This document shows, one piece after another, positions 53,964 to 63,879 of a stretch of DNA of 64,000 nucleotides. Source of the DNA: Vicugna vicugna (taxonomy: Eukaryota); assembly GCA_013265495.1 (NCBI GenBank), contig MU058781.1, positions 2,520,158-2,584,157 on the forward strand, read 5' to 3'. Every line of letters begins with the position of its first letter. Within the stretch, counting starts at the first letter, position 1. Below the pieces are notes generated by a model. That model was not told the origin of the DNA, did not search any database, and was given only the letters and a program-made list of their open reading frames with translations. A program made the position numbers and the translations under genes.

Positions 53964-56900
53964 AAATCTTAGAGGCTGGTATTAAAGGAACTTCAGAATC
54001 ACTTAAAGGTGTGAAACGTAAAAAGATTGTAGCTGAGAATCACCTGAAAAAAATACCAAAATCCCCGCTGAGAAATCCTCTTCAGGCAAAACAGAAGCAG
54101 AATACGGAGGAGCCGCCGCCCGCCGTCGTGCACAGCGCGTCGGGGCCGCACAAGAAGCAGAGCCCCGGCGCGGCCGGCAAGGCCGGGAAGCAGCTGAGCC
54201 GACACAACGGGGAGGCCGCGGACCCCGCGGACCCCGGGCCCCCCAGGAAGCCCCTGGAGCCGCGCCGCTGGGGGCCGGGGGGCTGCGACGCCGCCGNNNN
54301 NNNNNNNNNNNNNNNNNNNNNNNNNNNNNNNNNNNNNNNNNNNNNNNNNNNNNNNNNNNNNNNNNNNNNNNNNNNNNNNNNNNNNNNNNNNNNNNNNNNN
54401 NNNNNNNNNNNNNNNNNNNNNNNNNNNNNNNNNNNNNNNNNNNNNNNNNNNNNNNNNNNNNNNNNNNNNNNNNNNNNNNNNNNNNNNNNNNNNNNNNNNN
54501 NNNNNNNNNNNNNNNNNNNNNNNNNNNNNNNNACCGGGCGCGCCGCCGCCGCCGCCGCCGCCGCCGCCTTCTCCTTGGACCTGCTCCACGGGGCCCGTGT
54601 CCGCGGCCCAGAGCGACCCAGCGCCGGTGCAGCCCCCTCTTCCTCCATACAGTCCGCACGAACCCCCTGCCCCCAAACCCAACCCACAGAATCAGCAGCT
54701 TCCAGCGGGCTCGGGTTTCGCGAGATCACTGACGAATCTGCAAAATCAAGAGAACGCCAAACTTGAACACGTGTATCACACAGCAGTGACGTCGCCCGCG
54801 GGTCTGACTTCACCCTCCAGTAGAACTCAGGTTACTCCTCCAAACCAGCAAATGGATTCCGCTTCACCCGCGTCCATCAGTCCCGCCCCGTCGACACAGT
54901 CACCCCCCGCGCCGATTTACAACTCGACTCCTGTTGCCCCAGCCATTAATCACAGCGTGGAACAAATGTGCAATCTTCTTTTGAAAGATCAGAAGCCAAA
55001 AAAGCAAGGAAAATACATTTGTGAGTATTGCAATAGAGCTTGTGCAAAGCCCAGTGTGCTTTTAAAGCACATCCGCTCCCACACTGGTGAGCGACCCTAT
55101 CCCTGCGTGACCTGCGGGTTTTCATTTAAGACTAAAAGTAATCTGTACAAGCACAAAAAATCCCATGCACATACTATCAAACTGGGTCTTGTCTTGCAAC
55201 CAGATGCTGGGGGCTTGTTCTTGTCCAATGAGTCCCCCAAAGCACTTGGTATCCATTCAGATGTGGACGACAGTGGGGAGAGCGATGACGAGGGCGCTGC
55301 TGATGAAAGGCAGAACCAGAACCACCGGGGCTCCATGGACCTGCAGCCCGTGCAGATAATGAAAATGGTACCCAACTTGGTACCCAACTTGGAAGCGTTA
55401 CCAAAATCAAGCTCCATTCCAAGCAACCCAGATCACATGGTAGGAGACTTTTCACTACGGGACAAATCTTCAGATTCACAGACTGTGGCAGACCTACCAA
55501 AGGTTGTGGTCCACCCCATCGGTGTGTCCCCTTTAAGAGTTGACAGCCCGAAGGTTACAGACTCCAAGCCTGAACTGTCTAGTGCACAGAAACAGAAAGA
55601 CTTTCAGATAACCCGTGTATTGGCCCAAGCCTGGGCGCCCTCCCTGGAGACTGATGAGAAGTCTGGTCAGAAGGGAGACGTGAGTCAGCCAGGAGGAAAA
55701 CAGGAATCTCACGTGGGAACAGCCCACGCCCAGCTACAAAGGCAGCAGGCTACGGATTACTCTCAAGAGCAGCAAGGAAAACTTCTGAGTCCTCGAAGTT
55801 TAGGAAGTACTGATTCTGGTTACTTCTCACGTTCTGAAAGTGCCGATCAAACAGTGAGTCCACCAGCTCCCTTTGCCAGAACGTTACCCGCCGCAGAACA
55901 GGACTCTAGTAAGACTAACGGGCCCTCCACACCTCGTGTCACTGCACCAGCAACTTCTGCTCTACCAGCGGGTGAGAAGGCATCACCCCTCCCAGGCCAG
56001 ATGCGCCCGCCCTTGGCAACAAAAACCCTTGAGGAGCGGATATCAAAGCTCATCTCAGACAATGAAGCCTTGGTAGACGACAAGCAGCTGGATAGCGTAA
56101 AGCCACGGAGAACCTCTCTCTCACGACGGGGGAGCATCGATTCCCCCAAGTCTTACATATTTAAGGATTCTTTCCAGTTTGATTTAAAACCAATGGGACG
56201 GAGAACAAGCTCAAGCTCTGATATACCAAAGTCCCCTTTCACCCCCACTGAGAAATCGAAGCAAGTGTTTCTTCTGTCTGTACCTTCCCTCGACTGTCTG
56301 CCTATCACAAGAAGTAATTCGATGCCGACCACAGGTTACTCAGCGGTACCTGCGAGCATCATCCCTCCTCCTCATCCACTGAGAGGAAGTCAGTCATTTG
56401 ATGACAAAATTGGTGCTTTCTATGATGATGTCTTTGTATCTGGACCTAACACTTCTGTGCCCCAAAGTGGACATCCCCGCACCCTCGTCAGGCAAGGAGC
56501 AGTCGAAGACTCTTCAACAAACGAAAATCACGTTCTGGCTGTCGGGCAGCCCTTGGACGAGAGCCATCAAGGATGTCCCACCACTGGTGAGACCGCAGCT
56601 GCAAGGAGCAAGCCCCTGGCGCCAGGCTCACACGTGGAAAAGAAGAAGTCTCATCAAGGACGGGGGACCATGTTTGAGTGTGAGACCTGTAGAAACAGGT
56701 ATAGAAAACTGGAAAATTTTGAAAACCATAAGAAATTTTACTGTTCAGAGTTGCATGGACCAAAAACAAAGGTAGCTCTGAGAGACCCTGAGCACAGCCC
56801 TGTGCCCAGCGGAGCACCGCCCCCGGTTCTGCACTGCAGGGTGGCAGCCTCCGCAGGGGTCTGGGAACAGACGCCCCAGATAAGAAAGAGGAGGAAAATG

Positions 56901-59864
56901 AAGAGTGTTGGAGATGATGACGAATCGCAGCAAAATGAAAATGGAGCGTCTCCACGAAGCTCCGAAGGCCTTCAGGTTCAGAGTGCTCTGGGCTCTGCGT
57001 CTAAACAGAACGCCACCGTCCCGGGTGACCCACAGCGAAGAAATACCCAACTGCAGAGCTCCCAGGTGCCACTTGTGGCCAGAGGCCCCGAGCAGACCCT
57101 GGACCCAAAGCTGGCAGCTGCCGTGGAGCAGCAGATGAACCCGGCCGCCCAGGACAAGGCAGAGCTGAAGAGGCACGGGGCCGGCATCTCCGTCATCCAG
57201 CACACCAACTCGCTGAGCCGCCCCAGTTCATTTGATAAGCTTGAGTTTTGTGAAGGCGCTTCTCCCATTTCTTTCCAGGAGCCTAGCAGGCCAGCGAAGC
57301 CCGGGTCTCTGAACGTCATGGGAATCGGCCAAGAGGAAGGCTGCCCTCCCCGGAGCACGTCTCACCCCCACCAGCCTGCGCGGCCAGGTGCCCCGAGAGC
57401 AGAACTGCAGGAAGGCTCAAGACGGATGTCCGCGGAGCGACACATGTTGGGACAGTCCTCAAGACTTGTTCGGCAGCACCACATCCAAGTCCCAGAGATC
57501 CTGGTCACAGAAGAGCCAGATCGGGACCTCGAAGGCCAAGGCCCCGAGCAGGACAAAGCAGAGAAGTTCAGTTGGCCTCAGCGGAGTGAAACCTTGTCCA
57601 AACTGCCGACGGAGAAACTGCCGCCCAAAAAGAAGAGGCTCCGTCTCGCCGAGATAGAGCACTCCTCAACCGAATCGAGTTTGGACTCCACTCTGTCCAG
57701 GAGTCTAAGCAGGGAGAGTAGTTTATCTCACACTTCGAGTTTCTCCGCCTCCTTAGATGTAGAGGACGTTTCGAAGACTGAGGGTTCCCCCAAAATTGAC
57801 TTGTTGAATAAGGCCGAGTTTCTCGTGATTCCAGCTGGCTCTAATACACTGAGTGTTCCTGGAAGTCACCGGGAAATGAGGCGTGCTGCGTCTGAGCAGA
57901 TGAGCTGCGTGCCCACGTTGATGGAGGTCTCCGATTTCAGAAGTAAATCATTCGACTGTGGAAGCATCACTCCACCTCAGATAGCTCCACTCAGTGAATT
58001 GCAGCCTTCAACGTCCCCCTCTGGCCCGGGAGTCCCCGGGCACGTGCCTCTCTTAGAAAGGAGGAGAGGCCCCCTGATACGGCAGATCTCTCTAAACCTC
58101 GCTCCAGAGAGTCATCTGTCTCCTGTGAACCCAGTGTCCTTCAAAACTGTTGCTCTTCCTGGTGTGAACACAGTGCCATTTCAGGGGCCTCAGCTTGCTA
58201 ATACCTCTTTAGCTGAGTTTCCGGCAAACACTTTGCACCCTCAGACTCAAATTAAGGATCTGCGAACAGAAACTTCAAGTTCCAACTCTGCAAACATCTT
58301 TCCTGTTCAACAGCTTTTCGGTGTCAGTTTGTTAAATCAAATGCATGCGCCCCTCAGCCACCAGAACACACCGCTGTCTCTGCAGGTGTCTGCACAGAGT
58401 GGCAAGCCAGAGGCAAGCCTCACTGTCTGCGCATCTTCTAAAAATGAGGATTGCTTTGCTCCCAAGTACCAGCTTCAGTGTCAGGTTGTCCCTTCGAGCC
58501 AGTCTTGTGCTTCTAATCCTGTACATCCTCTGCCAAAGCCTGTGCTTTCAGATCCAGCAGGGGCCGAGCATCGTGCGACTTCGTTAACGATACCCACCAA
58601 GTTGGCAGAAGCCGCGTCTAACTCGTGTCCTCTGCCGCCACTGAGGCTTGGGTCGCTTGGTGGTCAGGGGCCGAAAGAGCCAACGTCATTTTCGCTGCCC
58701 GTGCACTTGCAGGGCCAGGTCTCGGCCTACTGTTTTGCCACAGCCACACCTCTGCCACAGATCCTAGTGACCCAAGATCTGTCCAGTCAGCCAATTTGCC
58801 AGGCTAATCGCAGTATGGTGCCAGTCAGCGAGGAACAAAATTCCGTGCCAAAACTGCAAAAAGATCACCAGAATGCTTTGCCAGACCTGGAGGCAGAACT
58901 CATTTGCCCAAAAGTCTTTTCAGAGGTGGGCCAGAATTCTTCTCTCCTGGAATCCCTGCCCATAACTCAGAGAATCTCTGTTGGTAGACTTTCCCCCCAG
59001 CAAGAATCTTCTGCTTCAAGTAAAAGGATGCTTTCCCCAGCAAATAGTTTAGACATTGCCATGGAAAAGCACCAGAAGCGAGCCAAGGATGAGAATGGGG
59101 CCGTTTGTGCAGCAGATGTCAGACCACGGGACCCACCAAGCTCCGGAGCCGCTGAGGTCAGTAAGCAGAGGAAGCCCGCCTTAGTGAGGCAGGTCTGCAC
59201 CGCCGAGCCCCTGGACACCGGCGTGTTGGAGCAGGATGTCTTCTCTCACCCGGAAGTCAGTAGTGAGGCTGTTCGCTTGACTAATGTTTCGCCAGCTGAT
59301 AATCTGTCATCAGGACACTCCAAGCCCCTGGTGACAGAACCTATAAAAGAACCGCAGGAATTTGAAAACATTAAGTCAGCCACATCACTGGTGCTTACAG
59401 CGAGGAGGTCACCTGTCCCTGCAGAGAACACTCACATCTCTCCTGTGGAACGGGTAGACCGCAGCTGGGACGGGGAGTCTCCAGGGGTTAAAAATGCAGG
59501 TGGCACGGTGGACATCCAAGAACAGAGTCCGCCTGCAGCCACTGCTCCTTCCGTGGGTGAGGCCGGAGACCCCCAGCAGCTGTCCTTCCCCAGCCTGAAG
59601 ACCGCCACCAGCTTCACGTGGTGTTACCTCTTAAGACAGAAGGCGCTGCACCTGCCTCAGAACGACCCGAAGACCTCGGCCTACACTGACTGGACAGTGA
59701 GCGCCAGTAACCCCAACCCACTCGGTTTGCCTACGAAAGTTGCTCTTTCTCTCCTTAACTCAAAACAGAAGACCGGAAAATCACTATATTGTCAAGCAAT
59801 AACTACCCACTTCAAATCAGATTTATTGGTCTATTCAAGCAAGTGGAAAAGCGGCTTAAGCAAG
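53964..59864 (+). CDS. HIVEP1: HIVEP1 giant coding exon (human exon 4 equivalent), 5901 nt as assembled including 236 N
   Basis: Acceptor ttttgaacAG (53962-53963), then [41 protein letters not shown] (ORF 54011 frame). After the gap the 1780-aa ORF 54597..59939 carries the C2H2 pair, the C2HC finger and PPKKKRLR. Donor AAG|GTactt at 59865 follows SKWKSGLSK, phase 0. Confidence 0.98.
54297..54532. other. Assembly gap of 236 N inside the giant exon
   Basis: Run of N flanked on both sides by extremely GC-rich sequence. Confidence 0.99.
54543..54566 (+). repeat. (CCG)8 coding trinucleotide repeat, followed by CCT, giving 9 prolines
   Basis: Read directly; in the frame of the downstream HIVEP1 ORF it gives [15 protein letters not shown]. 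Confidence 0.9.
55014..55166 (+). other. HIVEP1: N-terminal tandem C2H2 zinc-finger pair of HIVEP1
   Basis: [51 protein letters not shown]: two C2H2 fingers with a canonical linker, followed by an acidic patch ([11 protein letters not shown]), typical of HIVEP/Schnurri proteins. Confidence 0.97.
56673..56744 (+). other. HIVEP1: Isolated C2HC (CCHC) zinc finger of HIVEP1
   Basis: [24 protein letters not shown] = C-x2-C-x12-H-x4-C. Confidence 0.92.
57621..57750 (+). other. HIVEP1: Basic NLS-like motif followed by a serine-rich stretch
   Basis: PPKKKRLR (57621-57644), then [30 protein letters not shown], a block recognisable across HIVEP paralogues. Confidence 0.8.
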
Positions 59865-62159
59865 GTACTTGAAATACCATTTATCTTCAAAAATAGTTTA
59901 TACAAGTTAGTTTTAACATGTCTGAATGCTTTTCAGTAATTCCACTGGAAGTTGTATTTTAATTTTGAATTTGAAAGAAAGAATGATAAGGGTACCAGGG
60001 AGTTCTACCGGTAAAGGTTACCTGGAGTCCTGTCAGTGATTCCATCCTGAAGCATTTTGAAAATGATAACTTGCTTTGAGCACTTTTTTCCCATTGGCTG
60101 AATATTTAAATCTTTACTTAAAGGTGCAGATCATCATAGTTTTACTTTCATCTTTATGTGAAGGATTTTTCCTATTAGGTCAGAGAAGATTATGTTTTTG
60201 CTCAGTCCCTGCTAATAAACGGTGTGAATACTGAAGATTGTTATATTTCATTTTAAAATAAAAGCAGAGAGCCATCCAGACTTGTCTTGTGCAGACCGGA
60301 CCACTCTGCCCTCACCATGCTGATCCAGCTCTCTTGCTATGTAGTTTAAGAGTCATCTTAGACCAGAGAGAAGATTCACAAAATGACCAGCTGTACACTT
60401 GATAATTAAGTTGATTTGGTCAAGATTTACAGAGTAAGCTCATAAAACTATAACTTTGGGTTATTTGTGGAATCATCAGTCTTATTCGAGTTGCTGGCTT
60501 TATAAAATGGGAAAAATCCTTTAAATGATTAAGAATTAATGAATAGGTAAGGGCATTAGTTTGGACTCTGGACATTCAGAGTCAAAGTTCTTGACCTCTT
60601 GAGGCTCACAAGCACAGAATACAGATTCTAAATATATACATAGTTATTTATCTACAAGAGAATGGCCTGGTGTCAGTATTAGACTAGAAGTGTATACAAC
60701 TTTACAAGAAGGAAGACTTTCTGCCAGTAGCTTGAAGAGGTATGGATACAAGGCTGGTATTCCAAAAGTGTGATACTTCAGCTGAGTCTTATAAAAAAGG
60801 GGGAGGGATTTTTTCAGTCAAACAAGAATGAGAAATTTTAAGTCTGCCAAATGATACGGAAGTGAGAAAGAACTTGGTTCATTTAAAGAACCTTGAGGAG
60901 TCCAGTGTGACCAGAACGTGTTGGACATTTGAAACACTGACACCGAAGTTGGAAATGTAGGTAAAGACCAGAGAGGATGAGTGGTAGGAGGGAGCTATTG
61001 GGACTTCCTGCGTGAGGGAGGAGGGTGCATCCAAACCATTCAGAATTTAATTTTTAAATGCTCAGAATCTACAGCTACTAAGTCAGAGATTATGAGAATT
61101 TAAACAGAGTAAGAGTATGAGCGTGAGAATTTAAACAGAACTCAGGTGTGTGTATTCCTGAAGTGCCTCGTGGAAGCGCCCCGGCAACGCACATTTAGAT
61201 GTGGCGCGAGGAGAGAGGTCTGGGTGAAGGGTGTCGGGTCCTTGAGCGCACGGATGCAACGAACGAGGTTGTCCAGGGAGAGTGTGAAGGAGAGAGAAGG
61301 GCCTGGAATGGATCCTGAGGCCACTGCTATTTAAAGGGCTGAATGGATGAAGGAAGCACATGGGGACCTGAAAGAGGCTGTTCACAGAGGAGGAAGGAGA
61401 ACCAGGAGAAAGGGTGTCACACAGATCAAGGAAGAAGGTGTTTTAGGGAGAGTTGTTCAAGCCAAGGGGTCAAACAAAGATGAAGACTAACGTGGTGTCT
61501 GGACTGAATGGTTCTCATACCACTGAGACTTGCGTCACATGGGCAAGTGGCTGTGGAAGACTGGCACTGGGTTGACTGTTAGCTCACAACCCAAATGTTG
61601 TGTTTATAATTCAAAATGGAAAAGAACAGATGGATGTTAACAGGTCAAGTGTATAGACTAAGGAAATAATAAAGATCTTGGCATTTAGCTCGTTGGTTAA
61701 TAGAAGCCAGATTTGATAGCAAGAAGAAAGTGAGCAAAAAATCAGTGGGAATTTGGTATTAAGAAGAAGGTAAGAATAGAATTACTGTGACAGGCATAAA
61801 GGCAAGGAAAGGGGTGTGTGTGTGTGTGTATTTTCCAAATTGCGAGGAACCCAGATGTGTTTGCCAGAACAAGAGGAGAAATAGCATTTGTGCCTGTCAG
61901 GGTCAGTGTCATTACCCCTTCACACCAGCTTTTTGAGACACAGGCCAGCAGCCTTTCTTTACTCCTGGCTTTTACAGACAGGACCTTGTCAGGGTATTCT
62001 TTCTGAGGCCACACAGGCCCTCTGTCTGTGATGCAGACACCCCCTCATCACTTACTGTCGTGAAGTCATCCCAGTATGACAGCTGTCTACTTGGTGATGC
62101 AGTTTTTAAAAGACGTTTGTAACAAACAGATCAGGAAAGTTGTGCTTTGTGTTGGGTTT

Positions 62160-62380
62160 GGCCAGAGACTGGAGTTTGAGACTTTGCTGTTAACAGTTGA
62201 CCTTGCCAAGTGACTTGACCCTGAGTGTGTCCTTCCTCACCGGGGTGTAATCCTGCTGGGCTGCCCGCCTCCCCAGGATATGTGAGAGCAGAGTTAGCGG
62301 AGGAGTGAGAAGGGGGGTCGTGAGCAGTGTGGCTGTACAAAGTCATGAGGTGGTGTCACCACAGTGTTCCTATAGGAAGA
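62160..62380 (+). mobile_element. MIR SINE fragment
   Basis: tgaccttgccaagtgacttgaccctgagtgtgtccttcctcac. Confidence 0.55.
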
Positions 62381-63067
62381 GCACACGTTGCTTATCATTT
62401 TGACGTTCATTACCTTTTTCTAGAGATTGATTGTTATCAGGCCAGGACCTAACTTCTGACCTGACCTGTAGTTCACAGTTATCAGTACTCAGGAACTTTT
62501 GAGGAAATACAGAGAGGAAACATATGATGGTTTAATATAACGGGAGAAGGGGAGAATAAAACACTGGGGAACTGCTTTAACATCACAGCGCACGGATGTG
62601 GAGGGGGAGTTAGGCATGTTTCTCAGGAGTGTGAGACGTTGTACCATGAGGGGCCACTAGCCCTTTTCTGTCTCCAAAGAATAAACTCTAAAAAGTATAC
62701 TTAAACAGTAGTATGAGTGGTTGGTAAGCTATAAGAAAGAAATATTAAGTCTACTTTGTAAAGTTCCTATTAAATGCATGGAATATGAGGGTGTAGAGGG
62801 TTGTAAAGTCTTTATTTGGGGGTGTCAGTGGACTGTGGTGGGATTTGAAAATAGCATGAGATCAGTTTGCTGAGATTCAGGCAAATATATTAAAGATAGA
62901 GGAAGAAATAAAGCAATAACCTTTAAAGCTGTTACTTCCTTGAAACACATTCCATTGAGTTAACTGTATGCACTGTATTCTGCCATGTTTTAATTTCCAA
63001 GTGAAACATTAGCATGTTTGTGTTTTCAGTTTTATTAAATTAGTGTCTCTTTTTTTTTCCCTTTCAG

Positions 63068-63201
63068 AGAGCATTAGGTAATCAAAAGTCCACAGTAGTT
63101 GAATTCAGCAATAAAGATGCCTCTGAAATTAACAGTGAGCAAGATAAAGAAAATTCCTTAATCAAAAGTGAACCAAGAAGAATTAAAATATTTGATGGAG
63201 G
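63068..63201 (+). CDS. HIVEP1: HIVEP1 coding exon (human exon 5 equivalent), 134 nt, [44 protein letters not shown](G)
   Basis: Acceptor tttttttccctttcAG (63066-63067), open phase-0 frame, ends GGA GG followed by GCaagt (GC donor). It joins the next exon to give the conserved IKIFDGGYKSNEEY. Confidence 0.95.
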
Positions 63202-63879
63202 GCAAGTACAAATTTTACTTCTTAAATGTACATTTAAACTTACTTTTTAAATGTACATTTGCTTTCATGTGAATGAAGCTGATTTTATATAAATGTTGCA
63301 AGGTTTCTCAGCTTATTAACAGAATCTTCATGGCAAAATATATGTTAGGTATTATGTTAAATCCATTTTGCTCAAGAAAATGATAACTATTTAGGAAGCA
63401 TTGCAGGTTCTAGGAGGCAGCTAAGCACAAAGTTTTCAGAGTGAACACTGGGTTTCACATTGATTTACAGTAAGGGATGACCTGGAAAATCTGCTCTAAG
63501 AGAGATGAATTCATTGCCTGTTCGATGTCTTTTGTGAATTTGGTTATGAGAGAAACAAATTGTAAAAGCCAACTGGAGTTAAAATGAAGCTCAGGAATAT
63601 TTCAATAGAGTTGTGATTAAACTTAACAATAAAGAAAACTTTTAAACCAGTGACTTAGAGGAAACATTTTAAAATTAAACCTGGTATTGAATAATGTTGT
63701 TTTATTAAAATTAGCTATTAGAATATGAAGTGTTGAAGTTACTTATATGTGCATAAAATTTATATTGATTGGGTATAAAAATTGTGCCTTGTTTTATTTT
63801 TTAGGTTGAATTTTAATCATCAATATTTTCTCAAAGACATAGTATCCAACTGCCCTATTCATTTCTTTCTTTAAATTAG

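Larger units (their letters stand above)
54105..54730. promoter_or_regulatory. Exonic CpG-island-like segment
   Basis: Hand count of 54111-54296 gives about 80% G+C with very dense CpG. The GC-rich sequence continues after the gap, whereas the flanking intron and the first ~140 nt of the exon are AT-rich. Regulatory function is not shown. Confidence 0.7.

Noticed and set aside
53999..54813. Long antisense and alternate-frame ORFs over the GC-rich segment
   Set aside because: They stay open only because of the N run and the lack of stop codons in ~80% GC sequence; they show no independent protein features.
55097..59617. Many 60-155 aa overlapping ORFs within the giant exon
   Set aside because: These are expected shadows of a long, moderately GC-rich coding frame.
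54597..59939. The 1780-aa ORF as a stand-alone single-exon gene
   Set aside because: Its 'start' is a GTG inside the exon, the homology continues upstream across the gap, and the last 24 residues are intron read-through past the donor at 59865.
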